The position numbers were made by a program, and so were the translations under genes. Positions 17,948 to 27,207 of a stretch of DNA of 64,000 nt are shown one piece after another; position 1 is the stretch's first letter; each line of letters starts with the position of its first letter. Source of the DNA: Candidatus Parcubacteria bacterium (GTDB lineage Bacteria; Patescibacteriota; Patescibacteriia; Patescibacteriales; UBA12075); NCBI GenBank assembly GCA_963814275.1, contig CAWFCE010000002.1, positions 939,263 through 1,003,262 on the forward strand. Reading direction: 5' to 3'. The notes beneath the pieces were generated by a model. That model was not told where the DNA came from. It made no database searches and saw only the letters and a program-made list of their open reading frames with translations.

Positions 17948-19171
17948 TTATCTTTGCCGGGTGCCCCAGCTTTCCGAATAACCCAATATCCCGAAGATAC
18001 GGTCAAAACCATGCTTAAGCGGAGAAAACGCCCGGGACTTCCTCACTAGCCAGGTAAACGTATTGCAAAAGAAATAAAAGACATAACTGCCGAAGAGGAC
18101 CAGGGTCAGAACATTGGCATAAATGAATTCCGGAAAAATAGTCAGGCGGATCAGCCAGTCAAGCCAATCCTTTTCCCGGTAAAAACGCATGAACCAGATC
18201 TGGAAACTGAACCAGACCAATACCTGCAATACCGATATTTCCACGATCAGAAAGGGGATCAACGGGTTCACGCTTCCCGGGTGACCGACAAATATGAACG
18301 ATAAAACTATAAAAAAGAGGGAAATAAGGAACAAAGAATGTCCGATCAGGTCCTGAATGACAGAATGCCAGTTTTTGACCTGGGAGATAACGTAAAGGCC
18401 GCCGACATTCCAGCGCGCCCTTTGCCGCCAAAGGTTGGGGAACGTTTCCGGCACGAAGGTCCAGGCATACGAAAACGGAGCCAGCCGGACATGCCAGCCC
18501 CGGGCCTTGATCCTCGCCGTTATTTCGTAGTCTTCGATCAGATGCCGTTCGGTAAACAAGCCGGCCTGCCGGAGGGCTTCAGTACGGAAAGCGGAAAGCA
18601 TGCCGTGCATTACCAACGGTCCCCGGAAAAAGCCTTCGTCCGCCAGCCGGGTGCCATTAAAGCCCAAGTATTCCAAACCCTGCAAACGGGTCAGCAGATT
18701 CTTGTTTTTGTTTATTACCCGGCATTGGGAGCATACCACGCCGATCCGTTCGTCTTCGTGCAGATTTTTGACCAGGTTTTTGATCGTGTTCCGCGAGATG
18801 ATCACGTCGTCATCCAGGGTCAGTATCACATCCGGACGTTTGCGTTTGTCCTGATTCAGGATATCGGTCAGGGCGAAATTGATCGCGGCCGCTTTCAGCT
18901 TGTTTTCCGGCGTGCGCAATATGGTCACGCGGCTGGACAAAGTATCGATTTTTTTGAAAATACGGTGTCCCTCATCATGCTCTAACGGGGTCGAATCGTC
19001 CACCACAAAAATCCTGACGTTGTTGTTCCAGCGTAAAATATCGCCGACCAGACGGTAAGTCAAGTCTCCCGGTTTGTATGATGGGATGATGGCGGTAATT
19101 TTCAGTCTTGGCCTCAGATCCAGGACGCAGAAATTCAAAGGTAAGAATAGGTTTTTGACAATTGAGCGCAT
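17948..19171 (-). CDS. Processive family-2 glycosyltransferase (IcaA/PgaC/NodC-like polysaccharide synthase)
   Basis: 407 aa. GT2 motifs VVDDST, TLDDDV, IEDYEIT and the processive-synthase motif QRARW. C-terminal multi-TM region. Confidence 0.8.
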   Translation of the reverse strand: MRSIVKNLFLPLNFCVLDLRPRLKITAIIPSYKPGDLTYRLVGDILRWNNNVRIFVVDDSTPLEHDEGHRIFKKIDTLSSRVTILRTPENKLKAAAINFALTDILNQDKRKRPDVILTLDDDVIISRNTIKNLVKNLHEDERIGVVCSQCRVINKNKNLLTRLQGLEYLGFNGTRLADEGFFRGPLVMHGMLSAFRTEALRQAGLFTERHLIEDYEITARIKARGWHVRLAPFSYAWTFVPETFPNLWRQRARWNVGGLYVISQVKNWHSVIQDLIGHSLFLISLFFIVLSFIFVGHPGSVNPLIPFLIVEISVLQVLVWFSFQIWFMRFYREKDWLDWLIRLTIFPEFIYANVLTLVLFGSYVFYFFCNTFTWLVRKSRAFSPLKHGFDRIFGILGYSESWGTRQR

Positions 19172-19403
19172 TTATTGAATGTTAATTAAGCGTGGGCATA
19201 AAAATGCCAAATGTTCATTAGACATTTGGAATTCCTTATAATATAATTAATATTCCTTTAAGCAAATTTGATTTTGCAACTTATCATATTCTAAGAACGT
19301 TGTCAACAGAAATTTCCAAATTCAAAACAATAATAGCCACGCCGCATAAATGACAAATTTTAGCTAATGTGGTATAATCTTATCAGACTGAAAAATTGAA
19401 TAT

Positions 19404-20852
19404 ATGGCAAAAAACAAACTAAAAAGTAAATTTAGGATTTTTAGGTTATTTTCGCTTTTTGCGGCGGGGATAATCGATATATTCAAAATATTCGGCCGCA
19501 GAAATAAAGAGACCCCTGTCCATAAATTCAGCGCGATACTCAGGGAAGAGGAGCGCGAAGTCGGCAAACTCGTGTCAGGAAGGGAAGATTGGGGCCGGTT
19601 CCGGCGCCATTCATTTTCCTTGCTTCATGACTATTTCATACCGCATCCCGGCAACGGGCATCGGCCGAAAATCCTGCATTCCAAGTCGCTCATAACGATC
19701 GCGGCGCTTTTGCTGGTGGTCAAAGCGGTTACCGTGGGTTATCTGTTTCTGGCCTATCCCCATACTGCCTATCTTTCCGCTGAAGTGGTCAGCCGGGTTT
19801 TGGAGCTGGTCAACCGGGATCGGGTAAGCGCGGGCGTGCCGGCTCTCACCATGAACGAGACCCTGTCGTCTTCCGCTTTGGCCAAAGCCAATGACCTGAT
19901 CGTAAATGACTACTTCGCCCATACGGGACCGGACGGCAAACGCCCCTGGGACTGGATCGACCGCGGCAAATACCAGTATTTGTATGTCGGGGAGAATCTG
20001 GCGATGAATTTCACTTCGGCGGAGTCGGTCCATCAGGCTTTGATGAATTCCCCGTCGCATAAGAAGAATATACTGAACGAGCGTTACCAGGATGTCGGCA
20101 TCGCTATGGTAACCGGCGATATCGACGGCAAACCGACCAATGTGCTGGTCGAGCATTTTGCCGTCAGGAAAACCAGTGTCCCGGCCCTGGCTGTAGTCCC
20201 GGATACGTCCGCGGGAACCACTAAAGCCTCGAGCCTGGCTTCGGTCCCGGCGGCCAGCGAACCGGTCAGCGTGTTGGCCGAAGATTCCGGCAAAACCGCC
20301 CCGCTAACGGTTGATAGACCGGACACAAGCCCGTTGCCGCCCGATAACAGCCAGGATGCTTTGGCCGGCAATAACCTAACCGGCGATACGGCTGAGCCCG
20401 GATCGGTACCGCCCGCGAAGCCCGCGGAAGAAGAGGCACCGGCCGAAACTCTGGAAATCGTCAGGGAAAATCCGCCCGCCAAACTCGCCGCCAATAATGC
20501 CAGCGGCACCGCCGCGGCAATACAGCGGGAAGCAGTAGCGGCTGAGCCGGCAACTCCTGACCCGTCATTGGAAAGCGATATAGCCGCCGCTCCGTTAACG
20601 GTCCCCAATCCGGTCGACGACAATATGATCCTTACCGCCAAGCGCGTAAGGGTAGTAAACTATTTCTTCTTGGCCGTACTGGCATTGATGGTAGTCGCGT
20701 TGGCGATAAATATATTCATCCGCATCGAGATCCAGCACAAGCATGTAATCATCCAGACCATGATATTGATCCTTTTTATTGCCGGTCTTGCATTCTTCAA
20801 ATTCCATATGCTGGAAAGCGGGGATATCATGATTTCCTTGCTGGGACAATGA
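19404..20852 (+). CDS. Membrane-anchored CAP/SCP (YkwD-like) domain protein
   Basis: 482 aa. A TM helix precedes a CAP-domain signature (NDYFAHTGPDGKRPWDWI ... GENLA ... MNSPSHKKNIL ... VGIAMV). Followed by a Pro/Ala-rich region and two C-terminal TM helices. Confidence 0.75.
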   Translation: MAKNKLKSKFRIFRLFSLFAAGIIDIFKIFGRRNKETPVHKFSAILREEEREVGKLVSGREDWGRFRRHSFSLLHDYFIPHPGNGHRPKILHSKSLITIAALLLVVKAVTVGYLFLAYPHTAYLSAEVVSRVLELVNRDRVSAGVPALTMNETLSSSALAKANDLIVNDYFAHTGPDGKRPWDWIDRGKYQYLYVGENLAMNFTSAESVHQALMNSPSHKKNILNERYQDVGIAMVTGDIDGKPTNVLVEHFAVRKTSVPALAVVPDTSAGTTKASSLASVPAASEPVSVLAEDSGKTAPLTVDRPDTSPLPPDNSQDALAGNNLTGDTAEPGSVPPAKPAEEEAPAETLEIVRENPPAKLAANNASGTAAAIQREAVAAEPATPDPSLESDIAAAPLTVPNPVDDNMILTAKRVRVVNYFFLAVLALMVVALAINIFIRIEIQHKHVIIQTMILILFIAGLAFFKFHMLESGDIMISLLGQ

Positions 20853-20928
20853 TATTGGATTTCATAAAAGTGAATGTTAAGATAAAACAAAATAATTTTA
20901 TTGGATAAATGGGTGTTTTTTAAGAGTT

Positions 20929-21020
20929 ATAAGACATAGGTAATAAGTAATAAGTCGATAAAATCGAGTCTATGGCAAATATTATACTTATTACTTATGT
21001 CTTATTTCTTATTACCTAAG
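20929..21020. repeat. Inverted 'TAATAAGT' word repeat
   Basis: AAGACATAGGTAATAAGTAATAAGT ... ACTTATTACTTATGTCTTATTTCTTATTACC form a hairpin between convergent/divergent transcription units. Confidence 0.7.
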
Positions 21021-21042
21021 AATTATATAAATCACTGTATCT

Positions 21043-22164
21043 ATGGGAAAGCTTAATTTATACACGAAAATTTTCATTAATCAGCTTAAGGGCGGTAAAA
21101 AAAAGGTGCTGGTGGCGCTGTCGGGCGGGGTTGATTCGTCGGTGGCGGCGCTGATATTGAAACAGCAGGGCTATGACGTGTTCGGGATCTATCTCCGGCT
21201 GCATGAGAATTACCAGGAGGGGGAAGCGGCGGCCCGCCGCGTGGCCGATGTACTGGGGATCAAATTCTATCCGGTGAGCGCGGCCGATACTTTCCGGGCG
21301 GAAGTAATCGATTATTATCTGGAAAATTATGCCGCTAACCGCACTCCCAACCCCTGTGTTGTCTGCAATCGGGCGGTTAAGTTTTCCGGCCTTTTCAATC
21401 TCATGAAAACATTGGGCGGCGACTTTGTCGCGAGCGGACATTATATCCGCCAAAGGCGCGAGCTTTCTTTGGTTACTTTCCAATTCGAACAGCGGCTTTA
21501 CCGGGGAAAGGACAGCGAAAAAGACCAAAGCTATTTTCTCTATACCATGACTCCCCAATTTTTGTCCCGGACCCTGTTTCCGCTGGGGGATATGACCAAG
21601 CCGGAAGTGCGCCGGATGGCGGATGAGGCCGGTTTGCCGTATCTCAAAAAAGAAAGCCAGGACGTTTGCTTCCTGGTCGAAAACGGGCGGATACAGGAAC
21701 ATAACTCGTATTTGAAAAAACATCTGCCACTGACCCCGGGACCGATCAAGACGCTTGACGGCCGGGTAGTGGGCGAACACCAGGGGCTGCCCCTGTATAC
21801 GATCGGCCAGCGCAAAGGCGTGGAGATCGGCGGTACCGGACCTTACTATGTTGCCCGGATCGATTGCGAGACCAACACCCTGTATGTGGTAAAAGACGCG
21901 GATGATCCGGCGTTATTCAACGACAGCTTTTTGCTCAGGCATGCCAATTGGGTCAGTGGCCGCCAACCGAAGCTTCCGTTAAAAACAGAGGTCGTTATCC
22001 GCTATAAGCATAAAGCCGTTCCCTGTGTTTTGTCGGGGGGTGAAAAGGGCGATGATCCGTCTTTGACCGTTAAGCTGGATAAGCCGGAACGGGCGGTAAC
22101 TCCGGGGCAAAGCGCGGTATTTTATCGCGGCAACGAGATGCTGGGGGGAGGGATTATCAAATGA
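21043..22164 (+). CDS. mnmA: tRNA 2-thiouridine(34) synthase MnmA
   Basis: 373 aa. PP-loop ALSGGVDSSVAA, NPCVVCN, SGHY, KDQSYFL and QDVCF; typical length. Confidence 0.9.
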   Translation: MGKLNLYTKIFINQLKGGKKKVLVALSGGVDSSVAALILKQQGYDVFGIYLRLHENYQEGEAAARRVADVLGIKFYPVSAADTFRAEVIDYYLENYAANRTPNPCVVCNRAVKFSGLFNLMKTLGGDFVASGHYIRQRRELSLVTFQFEQRLYRGKDSEKDQSYFLYTMTPQFLSRTLFPLGDMTKPEVRRMADEAGLPYLKKESQDVCFLVENGRIQEHNSYLKKHLPLTPGPIKTLDGRVVGEHQGLPLYTIGQRKGVEIGGTGPYYVARIDCETNTLYVVKDADDPALFNDSFLLRHANWVSGRQPKLPLKTEVVIRYKHKAVPCVLSGGEKGDDPSLTVKLDKPERAVTPGQSAVFYRGNEMLGGGIIK

Positions 22165-22340
22165 CGAACGGGGCAAATGTCGAATGGCGAATGTCGAATG
22201 ACGAACTTTTGCAAATGTCGAATGACGAATGTCGAATGGCGAACTTTTGCAAATGTCGAATGACGAATGACGAATGGCGAATGGCGAACTTTTGCAAATG
22301 GCGAATTACGAAGCTTTGCAAATTTCGAATGGCGAATATT
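22161..22340. repeat. 'CGAATG/ACGAAT' word-repeat tract with a higher-order unit ...CTTTTGCAAAT...
   Basis: Dense reiteration of GTCGAATG, GCGAATG and ACGAATG, punctuated four times by (A/G)CTTTTGCAAAT(G/T). It generates spurious ORFs on both strands. Confidence 0.9.
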
Positions 22341-22434
22341 GGGTTGTTAAATTTGTATTTATTAATAGGGTAAAATAAAAAGCACGCTTCATCATATCGA
22401 AGAGTGCTTTTGGTTTTTACGGAAAAGAACAATT

Positions 22435-22605
22435 TTAATTTTTTCTCCCTTTCCGTAGTCCTGGTCGAAGTTTAAAAGTTACTATAATTATACCGGCGCC
22501 AATAACCAGTTCGACAATTCCGCAGAGGAAAATATTAGGTATCATAGTGGCGAATATGGCCGCCAGCACCAGACCGAAGAACACTTCAAGCCAAGGATTA
22601 TTCAT
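22435..22605 (-). CDS. Small membrane protein (56 aa), below the ORF-track cutoff
   Basis: Manual translation gives MNNPWLEVFFGLVLAAIFATMIPNIFLCGIVELVIGAGIIIVTFKLRPGLRKGRKN. The ATG is preceded by GGAGGTAGAATT (a strong SD). Two hydrophobic helices. Confidence 0.5.
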   Translation of the reverse strand: MNNPWLEVFFGLVLAAIFATMIPNIFLCGIVELVIGAGIIIVTFKLRPGLRKGRKN

Positions 22606-22882
22606 AATTCTACCTCCAGTGGATATTTAGGGTTAAATGTGCGAGTTGTATTTTATATTTTGCTATATTATTAGTTTTTTGTCAATATTGACCAATCCCG
22701 CATAATATTATATTGTATATAGGTGTTTTATCATTAAAAAAGGGAAAATTATAAGATTAAGCGAAAATTTAAATAAATCAAATAAAACATCTAACAATTA
22801 ATCAATCTCTCATACCGGTTTTTTTTCCTTCTGCCCCGTCTGTTGCGGGTCGGTCTGGCCGGTAGAGGTTAAAAGGAAAACT

Positions 22883-23593
22883 ATGTCAACGATTCCTACA
22901 ATCGAACAGATGCTCAAGGCTGGAATGCACTTTGGGCACAACACGAGCAAATGGCACCCGAAAATGGAGCCTTTTATTTTTGGCCAGCGCCAGGGGGTCC
23001 ATATTATCGACCTCGTACAATCACGGAAACTTTTAATGTCAGCGCTTGATTTTATCAAGAAATTCTCCTCCGAAGGAAAATTGATCCTTTTCGTCGGGAC
23101 GAAAATGCAGGTTAAGAATCCGATCAAAAACATGGCCGAAGCGGTCGGCATGCCCTACGTGATGGAAAAATGGCTGGGCGGCACTTTGACCAACTTCAGT
23201 ATTATCAAGAAGCAGATCAAAAAATACCAGGATCTCTTGTCGGATAAGGCGTCGGGCAAGCTGGCGAAATATACGAAAAAAGAGCAGCTGGACCTTGACC
23301 GCGAGACCGCGCGCCTGAAGATCAAAGTTGGCGGATTGGTAGCGCTTAACCGTCTGCCGGACGCCGTCTTCATCTGGGATATCCGGACGGAAAAAACCGC
23401 TTTGACGGAAGCCAGGAAAAAGAACATTCCGATCATTGCCATCTGCGACACGAACGTCAATCCGGAAGGCGTCAACTACGTCATTCCGGCCAATGACGAC
23501 GCGACCAAGACGATAAAATTGATCCTGACCGCGGTAAAAGCGGCGGTCGAAGAGGGGAAAGCCAATAGGTCAAAAATCGTCAACGCGAAGTAA
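22883..23593 (+). CDS. rpsB: 30S ribosomal protein S2
   Basis: 236 aa. MLKAGMHFGHNTSKWHPKM and the conserved core, followed by tsf as in the canonical rpsB-tsf pair. Confidence 0.95.
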   Translation: MSTIPTIEQMLKAGMHFGHNTSKWHPKMEPFIFGQRQGVHIIDLVQSRKLLMSALDFIKKFSSEGKLILFVGTKMQVKNPIKNMAEAVGMPYVMEKWLGGTLTNFSIIKKQIKKYQDLLSDKASGKLAKYTKKEQLDLDRETARLKIKVGGLVALNRLPDAVFIWDIRTEKTALTEARKKNIPIIAICDTNVNPEGVNYVIPANDDATKTIKLILTAVKAAVEEGKANRSKIVNAK

Positions 23594-23736
23594 TCCTGAG
23601 CTGGAGGCCGTATTAGCGGCAATATGCGTAATTATTTATCGAATCCATAATCTTATGGTCCAAATGCCTTGCCCGCATAGTTGCCGGGATGATTATTCCG
23701 TATGCCGGATACCGCAATACGGGAGGCTATGGATAA

Positions 23737-24567
23737 TTGAAAATTAATACACAAAACATTATGAGTATAGAATCAATAAAAGCACTTAGAGACAAAACCG
23801 GGGCCGGCATGGTCGATTGCAAAAAGGCGCTTGAGGAAGCTTCCGGTGATATGGATGCGGCGATCGAGATCTTGCGCAAGCGGGGCATAGCCAAAGCCGC
23901 CAAGCGCGGAGACCGGCAGGCCGAAGAGGGTGTGATAAAATTGGCGGTGAACGAAACGGCCAGTGAAGGCTATATGGTAGAAGTGAACGCGGAAACGGAT
24001 TTTGTCGTCCGAAACGATAAATTCCAACAGTTCGTTGGCAATTTGCTGGAGCTGGCCATGAAGAGCAAAACCGCCAGCCGGGACGCGCTCGAATCATTGG
24101 CCATGGACGGCGCCACTGTCCGGGAAGCTCTCGATAATTTGAGCGGGGTAATAGGGGAAAAGCTGGCGATAAAAGATGTCGCCATGCTGGGACCATCCGG
24201 TACCGTGTCCGGCTATAGCCATATGGACGGACGGATCGGCGTTCTTGTCGCCCTGGACAAGCCGGATATGGGCGATCTGGCCCGCGACATCGCGATGCAG
24301 GTTGCGGCCGCTAATCCGCGTTTTGTCAGCCGCGAAGAAATACCGGCCGAAGAGATCGAAAAAGAAAAAGAAATATACCGCGAACAGCTTAAGAAAGAAA
24401 ATAAGCCGGATAATATCATTGACAAGATCATTGGCGGCAAATTAGGCAAATTTTACTCCGATATCTGCCTTGTGGACCAGGAGTATATCAAGGATGACAA
24501 AAAAAAGGTAAAGGACATCCTCGGCGATGTGAAAGTGGAAAAATTCATCCGTTTTTCACTGTCATAG
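23737..24567 (+). CDS. tsf: Translation elongation factor Ts
   Basis: IKALRDKTGAGMVDCKKALEEASGDMDAAIEILRKRG is the UBA-like N-terminus. The TTG at 23737 lies 10 nt after GGGAGG; an alternative ATG start is at 23761. Confidence 0.9.
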   Translation: MKINTQNIMSIESIKALRDKTGAGMVDCKKALEEASGDMDAAIEILRKRGIAKAAKRGDRQAEEGVIKLAVNETASEGYMVEVNAETDFVVRNDKFQQFVGNLLELAMKSKTASRDALESLAMDGATVREALDNLSGVIGEKLAIKDVAMLGPSGTVSGYSHMDGRIGVLVALDKPDMGDLARDIAMQVAAANPRFVSREEIPAEEIEKEKEIYREQLKKENKPDNIIDKIIGGKLGKFYSDICLVDQEYIKDDKKKVKDILGDVKVEKFIRFSLS

Positions 24568-24629
24568 GATCAATTGGCGTGTTAAGCGGCATTAAACACC
24601 AATCTTATAATTAATAGCTTACAATAATC

Positions 24630-25544
24630 ATGAAAGTTGCGCGCATACAATTCGTGCCCTGGGACAAATCATACTATTTTACATATGGTGACCTGGATGT
24701 ACGACCGGGCGACAGAGTGATCGTCAAGACGGAAATGGGGATCGAAATGGGCACGATTATCGGACTAAGCGATGTCGGCGAGAAGGAACTTGGCAAATTG
24801 AAGAAAATGCAGAACGACGAATCGTCCGGTGAAAACGGCGAGAGCAACGGCAACACTCCGGATGGCGGGGAAGAGGCCGAGCTCCAGGACGGTGATGTGA
24901 CCGTCAAGCCGATCCTGCGGCGGGCGAACGCCAGCGATCTGGAAAAACTTCCGTCAGCGGATGAAAAAGCCAGAGCCCTGGAATACGTCAGACAGGCGAA
25001 GAAAAAATACGGTTTGCCGATGAAATTCATTGACGTGTATTTTTCTTTCGATTCATCCCGCATAACCTTCGCGTTTATCGCGGATGGACGGGTGGACTTC
25101 CGGGAGATGGTCAAGGATCTGACCAGATATTTCGGGAAAACGATCCGCCTCCAGCAGATCGGCATCAGGGATGAGGCCAAAATAATGGGCGATGTCGGAC
25201 ATTGCGGCCGCTGTCTATGCTGCCGCGGTCATTTGACGCAGCTCGAATCGATCACCAGTGAAATGGCGGAAGCCCAGCAATGCTCGCACCGCGGTTCGGA
25301 TAGGATCTCGGGCGTGTGCGGCCGGCTGATGTGCTGCCTGGCCTACGAACAGGGCGGATATGAGTCGCTGGCAACCAAATTTCCCCCGATCGGCACTAAG
25401 GTAAATGTCGACGGCAAGCGCGGCACAATAGTCGGTTATCATACCTTGAAGCAGTCGGTAAGCGTCGAGCTTATAAACGATAATGGCGAATCGGGGGCAG
25501 TGATCGAAGTCGACCTGAACCGCAAAAAAAAGAACAATAAATAG
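24630..25544 (+). CDS. PSP1 domain protein (RicT/YaaT-like)
   Basis: 304 aa. N-terminus VARIQF...YYFTYGDLDVRPGDRVIVKTEMGIEMGTI and Cys cluster CGRCLCC ... CGRLMCCLAYE. Carries an acidic insertion. Confidence 0.75.
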   Translation: MKVARIQFVPWDKSYYFTYGDLDVRPGDRVIVKTEMGIEMGTIIGLSDVGEKELGKLKKMQNDESSGENGESNGNTPDGGEEAELQDGDVTVKPILRRANASDLEKLPSADEKARALEYVRQAKKKYGLPMKFIDVYFSFDSSRITFAFIADGRVDFREMVKDLTRYFGKTIRLQQIGIRDEAKIMGDVGHCGRCLCCRGHLTQLESITSEMAEAQQCSHRGSDRISGVCGRLMCCLAYEQGGYESLATKFPPIGTKVNVDGKRGTIVGYHTLKQSVSVELINDNGESGAVIEVDLNRKKKNNK

Positions 25545-25553
25545 CTTTTATAC

Positions 25554-25590
25554 AAAAAACAGCCCTGCTCAGGGCTGTTTTTTTTATTTT
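25554..25590 (+). terminator. Rho-independent terminator
   Basis: ACAGCCCT / AGGGCTGT stem followed by TTTTTTTTATTTTT. Confidence 0.8.
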
Positions 25591-25623
25591 TCGGGAAATT
25601 ATGGTATAATTACAATATAGAAT

Positions 25624-25830
25624 ATAGATAGCAGATTGCAGATAGCAGACAATTTTAAATGGATCAAAATGTTATAATGTTATTTAATAACCAAGATACA
25701 AGATACAATAACCAAACAATTTTCAATAACCAATCACCAAATGACCAAACCGTTTGATTATTGGTTATTGGAACCTGCCTGCCCTGCCTACCGGCAGGCA
25801 GGCGGTAGGCAGATTGTATCTAGGTTGTTG
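25624..25830. repeat. Composite word-repeat spacer (CAGATAGCAGA words, AATAACCAAGATAC words, CCTGCCTGCC palindrome)
   Basis: ATAGATAGCAGATTGCAGATAGCAGAC; AATAACCAAGATACAAGATACAATAACCAAAC...AATAACCAATCACCAAATGACCAAAC with inverted partners ATTATTGGTTATTGG and TTGGTCATTTT; central palindrome CCTGCCTGCC..GGCAGGCAGG. Confidence 0.8.
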
Positions 25831-25975
25831 GTCATTTTAGGGCTTTTAAAAGACATTTATAAATAATTACTTTTATAGTAATTATTGGTTTATATCCTTT
25901 TTTGCTACACAGCTAATAGCGAATATATTTTAGTTAATTAAATATTATTAACACATTCGCGTGAATGCTTAAACT

Positions 25976-26989
25976 ATGAATATTGCTATCAACGGCTTTG
26001 GCCGCATCGGCCGGGGGGTATTCAAGGCGCTTTTGGAGAAAAAGTTGCCTGACGTAAAGATCGTGGCGATCAATGACCTGACCGATACGGCGACATTGGC
26101 CCACTTATTGCGTTATGATTCAGTATTTGGCCGTTATAACAAGAAGATCAGCGCCAAACCGGATCGCCTGGTGGTGGCGAACAAACCCTATAAGGTGCTG
26201 GCCGAGAAAAATCCGCGTTATTTGCCCTGGCAGGGAATGAAGGTTGACGTGGTTTTGGAATGTACCGGTCTGTTCAGAAGCCGGAAAGATGCCGCGGGCC
26301 ATCTGAAGGCCGGAGCCAAAAAAGTGATAATCAGCGCCCCGGCCAAGGGAGAAGGGATAAAAACGATTGTTATGGGAGTGAATGAAAATAAACTAAAAAA
26401 GACCGATAAAGTTATCTCGAACGCGTCCTGTACCACCAATTGTCTGGCGCCGGTCGTCGACGTGATCAGGCAGAATTTCGGCATCAAGCGGGCGATAATG
26501 ACCACGATCCATTCCTATACGGCGGACCAGCGATTGGTCGATTCACCGCACAAGGACCTTCGACGCGCCCGGGCGGCGGCGGTAAATATCGTGCCTACCA
26601 CTACCGGGGCGGCAGCCGCCACTGCCAAGGCGATACCGGGATTGGCCGGAAAATTCGACGGAATGGCAGTGCGCGTCCCCACGCCGAATGGTTCATTGTC
26701 CGATATCGTGTTCATAACCAGGAAAAAAATAGATGCCGACAAAGTGAATAAGATCCTGAAAAAATCATCCAGGAGCGCCCGCTTAAAGGGTATATTGGCG
26801 GTAACCGACGACCCTTTGGTATCGACGGATATTATCGGCAACCCGGCCAGCTCGATCGTTGATGCGTCCCTGACCAAGGTTGTCGACGGCACGATGCTCA
26901 AGGTAGTTGCCTGGTACGACAATGAATGGGGTTATTCATGCAGGATGGTCGATCTGGTGGAATACATCAAGAAGAAAAGATTGTTTTAG
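25976..26989 (+). CDS. gap: Type I glyceraldehyde-3-phosphate dehydrogenase
   Basis: 337 aa. NGFGRIGR Rossmann motif and active site SNASCTTNCLAP; WYDNEWGYS near the C-terminus. Confidence 0.95.
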   Translation: MNIAINGFGRIGRGVFKALLEKKLPDVKIVAINDLTDTATLAHLLRYDSVFGRYNKKISAKPDRLVVANKPYKVLAEKNPRYLPWQGMKVDVVLECTGLFRSRKDAAGHLKAGAKKVIISAPAKGEGIKTIVMGVNENKLKKTDKVISNASCTTNCLAPVVDVIRQNFGIKRAIMTTIHSYTADQRLVDSPHKDLRRARAAAVNIVPTTTGAAAATAKAIPGLAGKFDGMAVRVPTPNGSLSDIVFITRKKIDADKVNKILKKSSRSARLKGILAVTDDPLVSTDIIGNPASSIVDASLTKVVDGTMLKVVAWYDNEWGYSCRMVDLVEYIKKKRLF

Positions 26990-27036
26990 GTAAATAATTT
27001 ATCGTGATAATTCAAGGAAAACGACAATACCTGTGT

Positions 27037-27182
27037 TAATTCTTAATTTTTGAATTTTTAATTTTGTAAATAAATCCGAATTTTTAATGATATAAACAAT
27101 TTATTTTAACACTTTCTGTTTAGAAATTCAGGTTTATAATTTATTTAAAAATTTATAATTAAAAATTGCAAAAATTAATTTA
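27037..27182. repeat. AT-rich 'AATTTTTAATTTTGTAA' inverted word repeat
   Basis: TTAATTTTTGAATTTTTAATTTTGTAAATAAA has inverted partner words TTTATAATTAAAAATTGCAAAAATTAA. Same family as 42226-42365. Confidence 0.7.
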
Positions 27183-27207
27183 TACATAATTAATAGCTTT
27201 ATAGATC

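Noticed and set aside
22157-22432. Overlapping ORFs on both strands (91 aa minus, 70 aa plus) with RMSNDE/FAIRHSS repeats
   Set aside because: These are a by-product of the CGAATG word-repeat tract. Both strands are open, the peptides are low-complexity, and there are no start context signals.
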